A stretch of DNA of 63,999 nucleotides, filler included, from Basidiobolus ranarum (lineage: Eukaryota), in the NCBI GenBank assembly GCA_040143965.1. It is 7 parts of 7 records of this genome, joined end to end, with 100 filler letters (N's around TTAATTAATTAA, not from the genome) between each part and the next. Parts side by side here need not be neighbours in the genome. Positions count along the whole stretch, not along the records: positions 18,401 to 27,490 come from JASJQH010007749.1; positions 27,591 to 36,674 come from JASJQH010007750.1; positions 36,775 to 45,852 come from JASJQH010007751.1; 4 more parts are not named here. One strand, written 5' to 3'. Positions within the stretch are counted from its first letter, which is position 1. The number at the start of each line of letters is the position of its first letter. The position numbers and the translations under genes were made by a program. The notes under the pieces are model-generated. The model worked only from the letters and a program-made list of their open reading frames with translations. It searched no databases and was not told where the DNA came from. Of the stretch, positions 24,208 to 40,388 are shown piece by piece.

Positions 24208-25768
24208 CTCGCATCAATCATAAAGTAGTTGGAAATGCAAATTAAACTTGGTTCTTTCTTCATCCAAAGTGCAGTCCCAAGTGTAGTGCACACTATTTAC
24301 ATAACATCCATATGTATTCTGACTACAAATATACTTCATTGCACCTGTGTTGGTGATTAGTCATTCTGAGCTAAAACCACATTAGAACATATACCATAAT
24401 TCCAGCGAAGATTAGGCCATCTGATCCAGATCCAGATACATGGCTGTTTGCTGTCATGCTATTCACTCTCTCACCCGCTATTTTTAGACACTTGTGAACT
24501 TTCCTAACCCCCTCTATTTAACCCTCAACCCTCCATCTTACCCCTTTCTGTTTGCTATTCTTGTCAATCGAGATCAAAGAGGCTTGGGCAGTCAAACGTC
24601 ATCCTAATCCCCATTTAGATAAAGTGGAACGTACACAGTGATTTTGTTGATCACTCAGACACTAACTTTCATCTTTACTTGAGTGACATACCACATTGAT
24701 GTCATTTATAATACCAAGACAGAACATTTCCAAGCACTTTCTCTTCTATTTCTAATGACTGATAGCATCTTTCTCTAGTGTAATGACAGATAACCTCTCT
24801 CTAGTGACTGGTAATAAGCTAACCCCAAGTCACTGTTCTTAACTAATGTGGTTTCAAGTACATATGTGAGAATCTCGGTTGAGTGGTGAGGTTTTCACTT
24901 GTAAGGGGAATAAAAGTTCATTTGCTGGGATGTGGACCAATCCTCATCTCCAATGCGGTTCTTCTCATCAACTAGGTTAAATCCAAAAAGATCAGGTTGC
25001 ATTCCTAGGTTGATTCAATATGTTTTGGCTAAATTCAATGCGTTCTGGTTAAATTCAATGGTGAGCTCAGCTTGTTTATTATATTACTTCGAATGGATCA
25101 TTGCCGATCATTTCAGATCGTATTGCCATCATCATGAATGGGTCTTGGGAGGATCCTTGAAGTCTAAGACAATAGTACGCTTTTGGCTTGTAATGTCCTA
25201 AGCGTTGCCGAATCAAGGATCTAACAAATAGTGATCCTGATCCCGCTCTCCACTCATGACTCAGCCATCAACAATTAGCAAAGAGCAGACACAAGAGAAC
25301 AATAGAATCCATACAAATACAAGTACAAATGGCGGTTGTCAGCCTAGCGCTAATTGTTTATGGGGATCGCATTTGACTAGAATGAGAGACATTATTTGAG
25401 TCAACGTTAGACCCGCTCATGCTGGTAAAGAAATCTGAGACAATCCAGTCTTTGCTCAAAATATGAATTATGTTGAGATAATCCATTATATGCCATACGC
25501 GATACGATATACGATAGTTCTCTATTTGGTGTGAATGTGGGCTCTGATGGTTAAAAGAAACAACCCAGTCCTCATTGAATATTCGTTCCAATACTCCCCA
25601 GTGCGACCTCGATCTATCTTAGCTACAATTCCCTGCTGATATATTCTCCCCTTTTAGTGCTTGATCAATTCTATTCTCTGTTTGTCACACTCACACTCAC
25701 ACTCACGTTCACCGACTCAACACTTGACCTCGCCTCTCATAAAGTAGTGTACATTCCTCCCCAACCCA

Positions 25769-27490
25769 ATGCTTTCTCCACATCAAACACACTCTCATCA
25801 TCTCAGAAATCTTTACTCGCCTGCTATTTTTTCTCAAGGTGGAACTGGTCACTCGGTCACACCACCCTTGACACCTGCTTCGATGCAAAATGCCTCTGCC
25901 TGCTATCTACCCAATTCATCCCTACCGGTGGATTATGCACCATCCAACGCGTCTATGGCGACGATGCCGCTGATGTCAAGCAATACCTACGCCTCTCTCA
26001 TGAACAAAGTTTCATTGAAGTTGAATGGCGTCGTAGAGGAGATGACTATGGGATGGTATGTTCTTCCAGTATTCTCTTGTCTCGTTCACTATTTAACACC
26101 ACATTTATAGGACAAACGAAGAAAAAGAATGTAAACGAAGACTTGTGCAGTTCTGGAGAAAACACGAGAACAATGTAATTCACTGTGGATTTCAAGCCGT
26201 CTCGCCCTCTGATAGAGCCCCTAATAGTATTTGTGTATCATGCATATATTGGGAAGAAAAAGATGACTATTTCATCACCAGCGTGGATTGTATATATCTT
26301 TTGGAATCATTGATCGCTGTGAGATTTTCAGTCGAAGAAAAGAATCGGATACGTCGTAATTTGGAGGGATTCCGACCCATCACTGTGTCAAAATGCAAAG
26401 CGGATTCCACCGAATTCTTCAAATTGATCATGTCCTTCCCCAATCCCAAACCTAGGAATATTGAAAAGGACGTGAAAGTATTCCCATGGAAAGTGCTTTT
26501 AAGTGCCCTTCGAAAGATCATTGGCAAGTATACTACCAACAACCCAAACCCTGCCAGTAATGGTAACTTCGGAGGCTTCCCGGGATGCTTTCCATCAAAT
26601 GCATCTCAGTACTCACCATACGAGAATCATGCAGGCCAAGTGTATTCATCTGGATTTCCTGATCAGCTCACTCCTCAGGCATATAATGCGCAAATGTCTC
26701 GTTCTCGCTTTTATTCTCAAGATATGAGTTCCATAGAGAATCGAATCTTAAACAATTCTCAAGAAGGCTACAATATGGTCCCTACTTCAAATCATTTTTC
26801 TGAACAAGGACAAATCAACCCACAAGCATTGGACCCCAGCTTTTCTAACCAAGGACCAATGGGTAAGTTTTATAAATTTTATTGAAACATTTCCTTATCT
26901 AACCTTATTATTAGGTGTAGCTTATCAAACTCCTTCTCAGGCCGGCCCTCATCGTCGTCACTTGTATTTACGTCGCCATTCTCTCGCAGATCCCTACGCC
27001 GTCCCTTATCATTCGGATGTGCGTCAGGGCGACAGAAGTGGAATTGAAAGCTCAACTCAGCCCAATCATGTAACAAACACACCAGCTCCAATTCCTTACC
27101 CTAGTCACCCATACATGCTGGACAATGGCATAGATCTGAAGCATGAAGCTTCTTACTCAAGAGACTTCCGTGATGATTTGAATAACGGTAACTCAGCCAT
27201 CATTGCACCTACTGTTGATCACAACAACTCAGCATCTGTCAATCAAAATGGCGGTGCTGGTGGCTACCAAAACCACGAGATACAAAATGATTATTCTCAA
27301 CCTTCTAACATGGGCGAGACACTTACTTTGAATCAGGTAACTTGGCCTTTTGTGCTCATATTTCATTCCAAATTAATCCTAATGTGTTGCTTCAATGAAC
27401 TTGTTTAGGGCTTTAATTTCCGAGAGTTCGATCAACCTGGAATGTATTCCGTAGATAATCAAAGCAATCTAAACGGAAGTAACATCAACG
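25769..27490 (+). CDS. medA: MedA (medusa)-type developmental regulator, multi-exon; 3' truncated by the contig end
   Basis: RRLVQFWR, ICVSCIYWEEKDDYFITSVDCIYLLESL, FSVEEKNRIRRNLEGFRPITVSK and FFKLIMSFPNPKPRNIEKDVKVFPW form the conserved MedA domain. Confidence 0.9.
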
Positions 27491-28102
27491 NNNNNNNNNN
27501 NNNNNNNNNNNNNNNNNNNNNNNNNNNNNNNNNNTTAATTAATTAANNNNNNNNNNNNNNNNNNNNNNNNNNNNNNNNNNNNNNNNNNNNCAAAGGATTC
27601 AGCAGTCGGCATAACTTACAAGGCTTCCAGTCCCATACTATACTCCTTATGACAGCTACTCAAAATAATCACGATTGCATTACTTTACTGCGGATTTAAT
27701 TGCTCAACTGCTTCTCAGCAAGTACCTAAGTGAAGGGTATATCCTTGGTAAGCAGTTCAAATAATACCATCAATAGTTAGGCCAGAAATAGACCTTGAAA
27801 CTCGGCCCACTGGTCTAAAAGACATTGGTAAACGGGTGAAGAATAGACTTGGTTATATCGAATTGAATAAAGAGTGTAACATCTAACAAATATGAGTTTT
27901 ATTTTCCCGGGCGAAATATAAAAAAGGTATGCTCATAAAAAATGGATTGACTATGATACAGTAATGTAAACAAATAAATTCAGATGGCAATGATCGCAGT
28001 GGTAATTCGGAAAATTCCACGAAAATGAGAGATCGACATGAAAAAGTAACAATGACTATCCTAGGATGTAGAAGCGAGTTTCGATGATAAATTCTGGATG
28101 CC

Positions 28103-29207
28103 TCAAAAACTGCATATTTCCTGCTGAGATATTTGATTTAAGGGAGGAAGAGTGGGAATATATGCAGAGAATAGAGTCGAAGACCCTTCATAAATTGGAG
28201 GGGCGAATTGGCTATAATCAGGGGGAGGGACATCGGCAAGTGCTTGAAGGTTTCCTGCAGGACGAACAACAATAGGGAAATGAAGTTGAACCGATTCCAT
28301 AGGAAATCCTTCGGCAGTACGCAAGAAGATTCGAGCTAATAGAACATGATTGACTTCGATGTATTTTGTTTCGCAATCGAGTTGAATTTCTTGAGGAAGA
28401 GGAAGATTAAAAGAAGTTGACCATGTGAGTCCCATCGGTTCAGCAAACTCCTTGACAGTGTTCGAATATTGAGTATTCTGCACAAATGGATTTTCTGTGG
28501 CACGTTTATATATAGTATACTCTATAACATCCAAAATAACTTTTTCTACTTGAAAAAAAGTGTCTAATGGATGAAACTTGAAGGCTATAGGAATACTCTC
28601 ACCGGGAGAGTAAAGGTAGGTAGGCATATCAACTTCGTAAAAAAACCGGGAAGCCCACACTCCGGTTATGGATGTTGTTGGTGGCTCCTGATACCCAGAA
28701 GAAAGCGGGGATGGCAAACGCTGGATAATAATAGGAAGAGTGGCTTTAGTATCATGGTTGAACCCAGGCCGCTCCACACATGCGCTTAATTTATAAGATA
28801 TGTTCCCATGTGTTGCCTTCACACTTTCAGGCAAGTCCCCACTAAGCGGGATTTCGAAATCAAATTGATGCATTTTGGAACCAAGAGTATATATGTGTTC
28901 CGAAGGTGCAAGTACGTTCCACTTGTACTTAATAAGTGTTTCTTTCTTATGGCACAAATCTATAATACAATTGTGGAAAATTAAGGAATTATTCACAAGA
29001 AACAAAGTCAGGTAGCCTCAATTTACCTGATACAAGCTTAAACTTTACCACTCCTTTCAGGCGGAGAGTAATGGACCTTACTTTGAGTGATTTCTTGAGG
29101 TTTAAAATTACAGTACCACGAAGAACGCAACCGGTCGAGTCTTCTGGAGAACCATGCATGGTAAGACGAGGCTCCAAGAGCTTTATTTGTAGAAACTGAT
29201 TCGCCAT
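28103..29207 (-). CDS. Alpha-arrestin (ART-type Rsp5/Nedd4 adaptor), 2 exons
   Basis: MHGSPEDSTGCVLRGTVILNL, FDFEIPLSGDLPESV, ISYKLSACVERPGF and IEVNHVL. C-terminal PPxY motifs PPDY and PPIY. Confidence 0.9.
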
Positions 29208-32065
29208 GTACAATGTTTTGATAGAAGTAGAGTAAAGTATGAAGAAACAATAATCAGTTTAACGGTTAAGATACGAAGAGAAGTGTTTATATTATGTTAC
29301 AATCGGGTTAGAAATGATAATCTCGTGGCTCTTCTGGGGAAACCTTTGCATTAAATAGGGCAGGTACAGAGTGCCACCTCAGACTCTCGGAATTTTCCAC
29401 TCCGTCGTGGCCAAATTGTTTTAATCATCCTCCGGGTTTGTAATCTCATGAACGAGAAAATTGCACGCAATAGGATGGGCCAAAAAAAATAAATTCCACA
29501 GTACTGACATCGGGGCTTCGATTGATCCGTGTAACTACGGTACAACAAGCCTGGATTTACCCAAACAGCATCTCGATAGTTTTTCAGCGATATTAGCTGA
29601 TTTCGGATGAATTCTCTGTATATCATCGAAATCGTTACCGAGAGCATATTACCTGGATGCCGCTTGAGCTTTTTATTCGCTATGAGATATTACAAATAGT
29701 GTATGCAGCGCCGATTTTTGGAACGAAATACGCCGGAAACTCGAAGGACGGGATTGGGAGCCTTGGATCACGGTGTCAAGATTTGATCTGATGTTTTACT
29801 GATGCCAGTAAACAATGCTAGTCACTTCACTCAAAACAACGATGATTCGCAAGAAAGCTCTGCATCTGGCAAAGATAGATACCTTACAAATATAGAGAAG
29901 CGCTATATACAAGCTGAGATGGATGCACGCTATGCCGATTCCAAGAATACTTGCAGTTCAGGTGATATTCAGCTTGCAAATGATGACATGTTGCCATTAA
30001 GTCTGGCAAAACATGAATCAGCGGCGCTCAGTTAGTGGGTTGGTGACTGTGGCTTAATTAGGCTCTAAGTAGGATTAAATTTATTCTAAAAATACACTTC
30101 CATACTCTAAATTGTGTTTACCTTTTTATTCACATAATGTTAAATAGGGCCATGTGATAATTTTTTTCCCTCTTCATTTCTGACTGGTTGTGTACAAACT
30201 TCAGATTTCCAGCCACTCTCAGTTGGTGACAGTGAATCCTGATTCGACTCTACACAGCAACTGGATTATGTGGACATTCTGAGACAGAACCTACACGGCG
30301 CATCCACCATTCAGGCCTAGTAGTAATGAATGCTGTGGGAGTGCCGTTCTTGGTGATCATGAAAACGGTTGTCAAAGGGAATCTTCCATTATGCCAATCT
30401 TGTGTATCCGATGGGCCAACAAATATGGCAATATATCTGTCTATTTTTAAGGTTACACTTGTTATTCGCTCTATGAAATGAAACACGTGTGATTGGAATG
30501 CGTGATCACCAGATCTGGTGTTACTCTCAGCTCTCAGCTCGCAAAGATTGCTGCATTCATCCTAAAATCCTTTGGTTGCTGGTGACTCTATTGGTAATAC
30601 GGGCTTTACATGTCGAATGCTGTATATTGAAGGTACCTTGTGTCTCTGTATGCGCATACACGCAGTATATTTACTTATGTACAGGCACCTAGGTACTATC
30701 AAGAAGCATATTCAACCTACAACTTCGAATGAAAGCCCATAGCTAAGTTTCACTCAAAAACTCCCTACTTTTAATAATAGATTTTCCTTTGACGAACTGA
30801 GCATCCAATGTCACTGCCACAATGTGACTTTCTCATTCGAAATTCAGAATCAAGGTTTACCAGGTTAGGGCTGCTTGAACATTAGTTCAGATATATTTTT
30901 ATATGATAAATCTGGTCACAGTATTTGCTTACTGTTGCGGGGGTGAGATTGAAGAGCACTTTCTAGAGTCAAATACTGACCTCATGTAGGTCACAACTAT
31001 AAGTGACTATTGATAACAGCATCATAGGTTCCAGAACTAGATCTACACTGTTGAGTTATTAGGCTTTAAGCATACCAACCTATGGGATCTGACCATGAGG
31101 TACCATCCTCTGAGTAGGTGACCCTTGATCAGTAGGTATCGACTTTCATGTCAGTTCCATAATCTTCCTCCACATTGACATTGATACTATTCCTATTTAT
31201 TAAGTGTTGGCGCACGGATCTCTAACATATTGATGCATAGGTAAGTTTTACGCTATAGTTAAATTTATCTTCAGTCAACTTCTACGTTGTCTTAACGAAA
31301 ACCCATGGAATCACACCATGTGGAATTGCTTAGTGCGGGTGATACTTCAGTTATATCAATTAGTTTCAGTAATTGATTGTTGGCCCTTTGGGTGTAGACC
31401 TTGCATTCAATACTCGTACAACGTTCCTTTAACAGTCGACAAATCGTAATATGAAATCACGAGCAATATCCCAGAAACGAATTGGTCTGTAAGGGTTGGG
31501 TTGTGTCTCCCATAAATCTTAAATGAGAAAGTGTAGTGACTGATAGTTATAACAGTCAAATCTAGGTGATAAAGTTTATTGGTGTAATGAATTCTTGATT
31601 GTATTCTACTTGGGGGGTTGGGTGCCGGGAATATTAATATTCAGCATAAGAAATTACTTCGATGTCTTTGAAACAGCCAACCCTACCCCTCCACCCCCTA
31701 ATTCTAGTTCCACATTCATTTGCGCATTATGCAGTAAAGCCCCTTCGCCCCACCTGAGGCCATTGTTTGGAGTTATCCTTAATCTTGTTTTGCTCCACTC
31801 TTCACCAACTTCACTTTTTATTCCCCTCTCGTTTTTAGCATACGACGTTTCCAATTTTCTTTCAACCTTAAACTCTAAATAGGCTAGCTAAAGTTCGTCG
31901 GATAGTAGTTTGAAGTAAAATATACTTCACAAGCGTTGGCCTATTTCTGGAAAGTTGAAGACGGTACCTGCTATTGCAAATAGCAGACATACGTTTTCCA
32001 TTTCTTTTCATTGGTTCTCTTACAAGGTCTTTATTCCTCCGTACTGCCATTCTTAAGTATATACG

Positions 32066-34619
<2,554 letters not shown>

Positions 34620-37499
34620 AGGACAGATTCCCAAGATCTCCATACAATATTATATTCGATTTTTATTGCCTAATTTGGTTTTCCATTAGCCTCACTTTAA
34701 GTTCGACGCGTTTCCACTTTTAGTATTTTGTTTTATTATACATTTTCGAAGAATTGTAGACCAAAACATGTTACCACCTCTCTTTTCAATCAATTCCAAC
34801 GTTTAGTTCTCTTCCACTAAGGAACAAACGGCTTCAATGTACAGTCTACACAATATACGTTGCTTTAAACTCTCTTTGTCTTGATATTCTTCAAATGAAA
34901 ATATCACCCTTTCCTAGTTATCCCTCAATGTCTCTATACACAGTAACCAATCTGGTTTTCAAATATCAACTTTCGACTTTTTTTGATATTTATGTCTTGA
35001 GACTACAAAACTAGAGTCTTTGATGTTCTCTATTCTCCCGAGAGTCTTGATATGAATGATATATTCTACTTCTTTGGTTGAATAAAATTACTTCCTCATG
35101 TTTTTCGTTAATGTGATTGGACTTAGAAGTACACTCAAAAGAGTTAACTATCCCCCCCTCAGTAATTATGTTTTCATTAAAAAATTTCCAAAGGTCAACA
35201 ATATTACAATGATGAAGGGGTATCGTGATTCACTCTTCCGGATCATAGTGTGTGGTCAAAGATGCACTCCTCACAAAAGAAATGACACGGATTCTATATA
35301 GTGCTTTCTAACTTGGAATTATTATATTTTATTTCTGTATCTTTGTTATTTTAAAATTCTTAAACGTTAGTTCCACTTTAATCCCCCTTCTTATCATAAG
35401 TGGATTCAACGGTACTAGGATAATGTATTTTAGCCCTGTCAACTTTCTCCATCCGTCTATACAATATTTATGTGTTCATCAAGAGGACTGAACCTTGCAG
35501 AAGGATACAGAGGTTCTACTGAATATACGACGTCTCAGTGAAATTTCCGAGAAAGAAGAGCTCTTCGGAAACCAGGGGTTGTGTTTGGCAGGAAAAGAAT
35601 ATTCGACCAGAGTTTAAATTCAATATAGTTTCAAGTGAACTCGGCAACAACCATGATGTTTAAGGAGACCGCTCAGGTTCAGAGGAAATGATATGATATT
35701 CATCTAGCATTATTTTAACACACATCGGGATAAATACACTTAATGACGATCTGATGTCACTATTATTGGATGAATATTCGTCAAAATTAGGCTAACCCCT
35801 CAGTACCTTCTATTGGAAAACCACATTCAAACACGAACTGAAATATTTAAAGTTTGTTACAAATCTTATTGTGAAGGTTACCTTCCAAGAGAAAGTCTTG
35901 GCAAGCTCGGCAATTCGTATCTAGCTAATTGGTGATTTACACAACTGACAATATGACGTCACCATCTGGCCGATGACGTGATGAAATAGATAGTCTTTGT
36001 CCACGTGAGACGAGAGGTGGAAGTGTTCGAAGGCTTAAATTTTAGGTTTGTATGTTGGTGATCCTAATACTGAGACAAACTGGTTCGTAATCAATTAGTT
36101 TGAATACACTTGTGGACAATCATGGACTTGGATGGACTTGACAATGAACGCGTATGCGACTAAATTAGACGCAACTACTCGGGACCTATGGCAATAAGAA
36201 ACGTAGTGGCCACTCCTCTCCTTGAGATATACATGCGAAAGTTGATTGGCACGGTCCTGGGCATGGCCATGGCCTGACAGTAGAAACCACAGTTTCCTGG
36301 TAAGGACGACTGGAACGTCTCACTGCTTCCATAAATGTACAATCGCCATCGATCCACATCGGCATTCCTATCTTTCAGGCCATTCCTAAAGCAGTTATAC
36401 GTTAGCCATCCCTCCTTTTTCGTAAGTAATTAATTTGCTAGATAATGTGACTTGACACTCAAACTGGTCCCACACAATTCTGAGTTAAGGTGACACCGCT
36501 TCCAAATACTGTCCGTGACATTAGCCAAGCCATTCAATTCTAGAATAGTGGCACAGGTTTGTCATGAATGAAGGAATCCATTGCGCAAACAATTTGGACT
36601 CATCTAATCACCCAACAATGCCAATAACGTGATATATACTGCGCAACATGTTCGAAAGCGGGCTGATAAGCTTCNNNNNNNNNNNNNNNNNNNNNNNNNN
36701 NNNNNNNNNNNNNNNNNNTTAATTAATTAANNNNNNNNNNNNNNNNNNNNNNNNNNNNNNNNNNNNNNNNNNNNCGGATACTCAATATATGCCAAAATAA
36801 GAACCATCATAGATACCCGATTATCATTCAGCATACCTCCACTTCAACTGTTTGTACTCTAGCTACAACGAAAATGGTTACCGTTTTTGACTTAAATAGC
36901 ATGTGCACACTCAGCTATGGAGCCATAGATTAATAATACATATTGATGCAATAAATCAATTTGAAATGTACTACAGACTCAACAATATTTGGCCACTAGC
37001 AAGCAAGCATCGGTGGGATTTTGGATAATCCCGCTCCAAGTGATGTAAACTTGTATTTCCAGGACAATTCATTTACCAACTGAATTAGCACAGAATAGGC
37101 CTCAATTTATCATCGGGTGGACTTACGTGTTGGTTGTAACATGTGTGCTTAGGAAGCCTTTGCTACAGGATTCTCTCGAGTTAAAGATGTGTAGTTGTTC
37201 TAGTGATTTAGAAGGACAGCTATAATGAATAGCATGTACTGTCAAGACTGTGCAGTATATTTGTGAGAGTGAAAAGGCCTGTGGTGAATGATTTGTTTGG
37301 CATTGGCTACTTGCTGATTACAATTGGAAAGTACACTCAGTGAATAGAGTTACGAACTTGCTCATACATTAGTGGTCTAAATTGATTTACTTTTTTGATG
37401 TTGACTTTCAAATTGTGATACCTTGATAATTACTAGGCTAAGTGCATTACGACATCTTTATATGACCTAATTGCTCCAAAGACTTTTCAGCTGCTATAC

Positions 37500-37800
37500 T
37501 TCGTCAGCAAGGTATTTTTTTCACAATTTCACAATTACACAAGTACTCCTACAGGCTTAAGCCAAGTGATATTTATAGAGAAAATACTACCTACTTACTG
37601 TTTCAATTATATATTATGGCGAAAGGAAAAAACTCTCTTGTAGAGTTCATTATATTCTATATCCTACAGTAATAGTATTAGATCAGCCTATAGTTGATGG
37701 TTGATACTGTATTATGGCAGTCATAGTCCATGTTATCAGAAATTCCATGTAAAGAAATAATGTAGTTTCTAACAATTCAATTTTTAACTAACGACATCTC
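37500..37800 (-). mobile_element. Possible highly decayed LTR-retrotransposon (gypsy-type) integrase remnant
   Basis: AT-rich, stop-riddled sequence with IISLHGISDNMDYD (cf. IvrlHGiP..ivSD) and QYQPSTIG*S (cf. AYHPQTDGQS). Weak. Confidence 0.3.
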
Positions 37801-37922
37801 TTATCACGAATAATTTTGACTATCACACCATCTATGTGAAGACTTCTTCCACATGCCTATCTATGCTACCTATCCTCTGTGTAGACCACAATGCAAATCA
37901 ACTTCTTAATCATACTACTTTC

Positions 37923-38195
37923 TGTTGAAGTACTTTGAGAGTTGTAGGAAGTGATTTGGAGAACTTTTCACTTACTGATTTATTTCATGCAAGTTGACAT
38001 TTATACTTTTGTCAAGAGGCAGATAAACTAGCGTATAGAGTACAAAGTTTGAGAATATCATATAATCTTCAAACTTCCAAGTTGGTCTCAATATTGAGCG
38101 TAAATTCCTCATGAAGATATTGAATAATAACATAGTGAAATTTAGGTAGCTAGCTATATGACCATATGAATACTTAAACCATACCATTTTCAATA
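37923..38195 (-). mobile_element. Diverged solo LTR of the same copia family
   Basis: The reverse complement runs TATTGAAA...TATAAATGTCAACTT...AATAAATCAGTAAGTGAAAA...TTCAACA, collinear with 9465-9797 including its internal segment. Flanks CTTTC/CTTCA form only an imperfect TSD. Confidence 0.8.
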
Positions 38196-39238
38196 CTTCA
38201 CTTTCAAGTAATATTTCTTTGTATATCTATTGCCATAGCTCATCTACTCTAAGCACTTCTTTTAAGAATACTCACACTCCATCGTCAACATGAAGTATAA
38301 TAAAAAAGTTAGTAAAAATAAGAGTATGGTTATAAAATATCAAAATTCTTAATGTATTTACAGACAATATCATGTTGTGGTATAAGGAATCTGAATAATT
38401 GCATAAGAAGTGAGAACTCTGAAGTCAACATGTAATGATACAGCTAATGATGAGGGTCAATGAATGTAAAGCAAAAAAATGGCATTTATGAGTGAAAGCG
38501 GGAGAAAATTGCCATTATCCTAGATATTGCAACCGTAGCCTTACTTACTAAAGCTTTATCTTACAAATCGAAAGTTTCAATCATTGTTGGCGAGATGGCT
38601 AGAGCCCAAACACTATCATAGTTTTAATGATAGGTTTTGCATGCAAATCGTACCATATACGAATATTCCCCTTGATTTATAACGTGGCAGCTGAGATATA
38701 ACAGCTTGTGAAATACAGTAAATCTGTCATTAGCTTCAGTATTATGCTCATGATGCATATATTTTTTGAATATTTGCAACGCTTCGAATATTTCACATTC
38801 AGACTATTGTAACGCACATCAAGTACAGGCAATAACCCACTACAGGAATAGTAAACTATTCAATATTTAATATGGTTCGATAAGTCTTCGTAATCACTAA
38901 GCAAGAGTTTCAGATGAGCTTGCTTAGCAACATCAATATTCTGATCATAATCAGCTCGGTGAGTTTTTATATTCCCAAGGATAATAATGCTACCAAAGTA
39001 ATATTGTTGAAGTGTTCAATATTTTACTTCCTTTTAAGTCACTTCTCAGATAATTCGAGTGGTTACTGATCTATACAATAGATGTTTGAATTTGGCCAGA
39101 AGGAAAGTATATTTGAAAGAATGTGACTCTACAATCTACATAAAATGATTTTAACTTGACCAAAAATCATTTGGTTTAGGTTAAGTGGGTTAATTACTTG
39201 GTTTTTATGGTTAAAATCGACTTTTTGTATGGAGTATC

Positions 39239-39497
39239 TGTTGAAACTAGCATAGCCTAAACACCTATATAGTCATATATAGCTTAGTATTTACTTATTC
39301 TATATAAGTGTGCTAGAAGCCTCAAACTTTGCACACATCTTTCTGGGACCTTCCTTAGCACATTCTACATGTTTATTTGTTCATCTCTTGATAAAACTAT
39401 AAATATCAACTTTCTACTCAATAAATCAATAAGTGAAAACCACCAATTCTTCTACTTTGAAACACCACTTCCAACAAACTCCCAAAATATTTCAACA
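39239..39497 (+). mobile_element. Solo LTR (259 bp) of the copia family with a 5-bp target-site duplication
   Basis: Inverted termini TGTTGAAA...TTTCAACA and GTATC on both sides (39234-39238, 39498-39502). Internal TATAAA and AATAAA. Homologous to 9465-9797. Confidence 0.92.
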
Positions 39498-39752
39498 GTA
39501 TCAACTGCTTCTCTGGCTTTAATATCAGGGTGAAAAATTCTTACTGTACTTTGGGAATTTCAGTTTAGTAATATAATGCTAGGCCTAATTGGATAATTAT
39601 GTGGTGAGCAAAAGACCCACATTTTCATGTGATTACAAAAAGCTAAGAACTCCTATTATATAAAAAGTGATTGAATCTATTCAATTGCTCGATTTACATG
39701 GTAAATATCTCGATGGATGATTACAAAGAAAACTCATTCAAGATTAGTAGCC

Positions 39753-40388
39753 ATGCCTCCCAGCTCCGATCCCTACAAAGTAAAGATAAGTAAATAAACA
39801 AGTCGATTTATTATGTATCCATATCATGAGAGTTTTACACCCATCTGTCTTGGTTAAAACGTATTATGGTACTTGGGATTTTATCTAATGAAGAGAATCG
39901 ACATCAATCAATCCTAAATCCATAGTTAATTAAGCTTCAAACTTCTACCTAGTCTATTTGAGAGCTACTAGCGGTGGAGTGAGTGCTTTCAAGATTGATC
40001 TTGGTCTGTCTCCAAATAAGGTTAGTGAAGATATTGTCTAAGCTACTCATGGATGGAAGGGTCGTCGCATCATCATTCAATTGACTATCCAAAATCGTCA
40101 AGCTACCCTATCTGTTGTACCTTTTACCTCATCATTTGTTAACAGAGCCTTAAAGGAGCTCGACCGTGATCGTAAGAAAGAAAGTATATCAAGCACCGCA
40201 GTAACATTACAAAAGATGACGCTGTAATGTTGTAAAGATGGCTAGACAAATTTTCAAATCCTTGATTCGTGGATAAAGGGTACCGTCAAGGTCCTTACTT
40301 CTCTGTTGGCTGTACAGTCGATGGTCCAAGCACTAGAGATCTTTCAGATTCTATTGATGATAGCGAAGTCGAGATTCTGGTAAGTTGA
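39753..40388 (+). pseudogene. RPL12: 60S ribosomal protein uL11 (RPL12) pseudogene retaining its intron (39790-39952)
   Basis: MPPSSDPYKVKI/IYLRATSGGVSA-FKIDLGLSPNKVSEDIV*ATHGWKG...QLTIQNRQA...DRDRKKE...SVGCTVDG. In-frame TAA at 40039-40041, plus deletions and frameshifts. Confidence 0.92.

Noticed and set aside
27591-27700. KGFSSRHNL C2H2-like fragment as a continuation of medA
   Set aside because: It lies across an artificial spacer on a different contig and is too short to call.
29646-29721. U1-like 5' end (ATATTACCTGG) followed by an Sm-like site (GATTTTTGG)
   Set aside because: It lacks the C of ATACTTACCTG, the spacing to the Sm site (~68 nt) is about half that of U1, and no U1-70K or U1A loop motifs are visible.
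38275-38310. LHVDDG on the minus strand resembling a copia RT YVDD motif
   Set aside because: Isolated motif followed immediately by a stop, with no other RT motifs.
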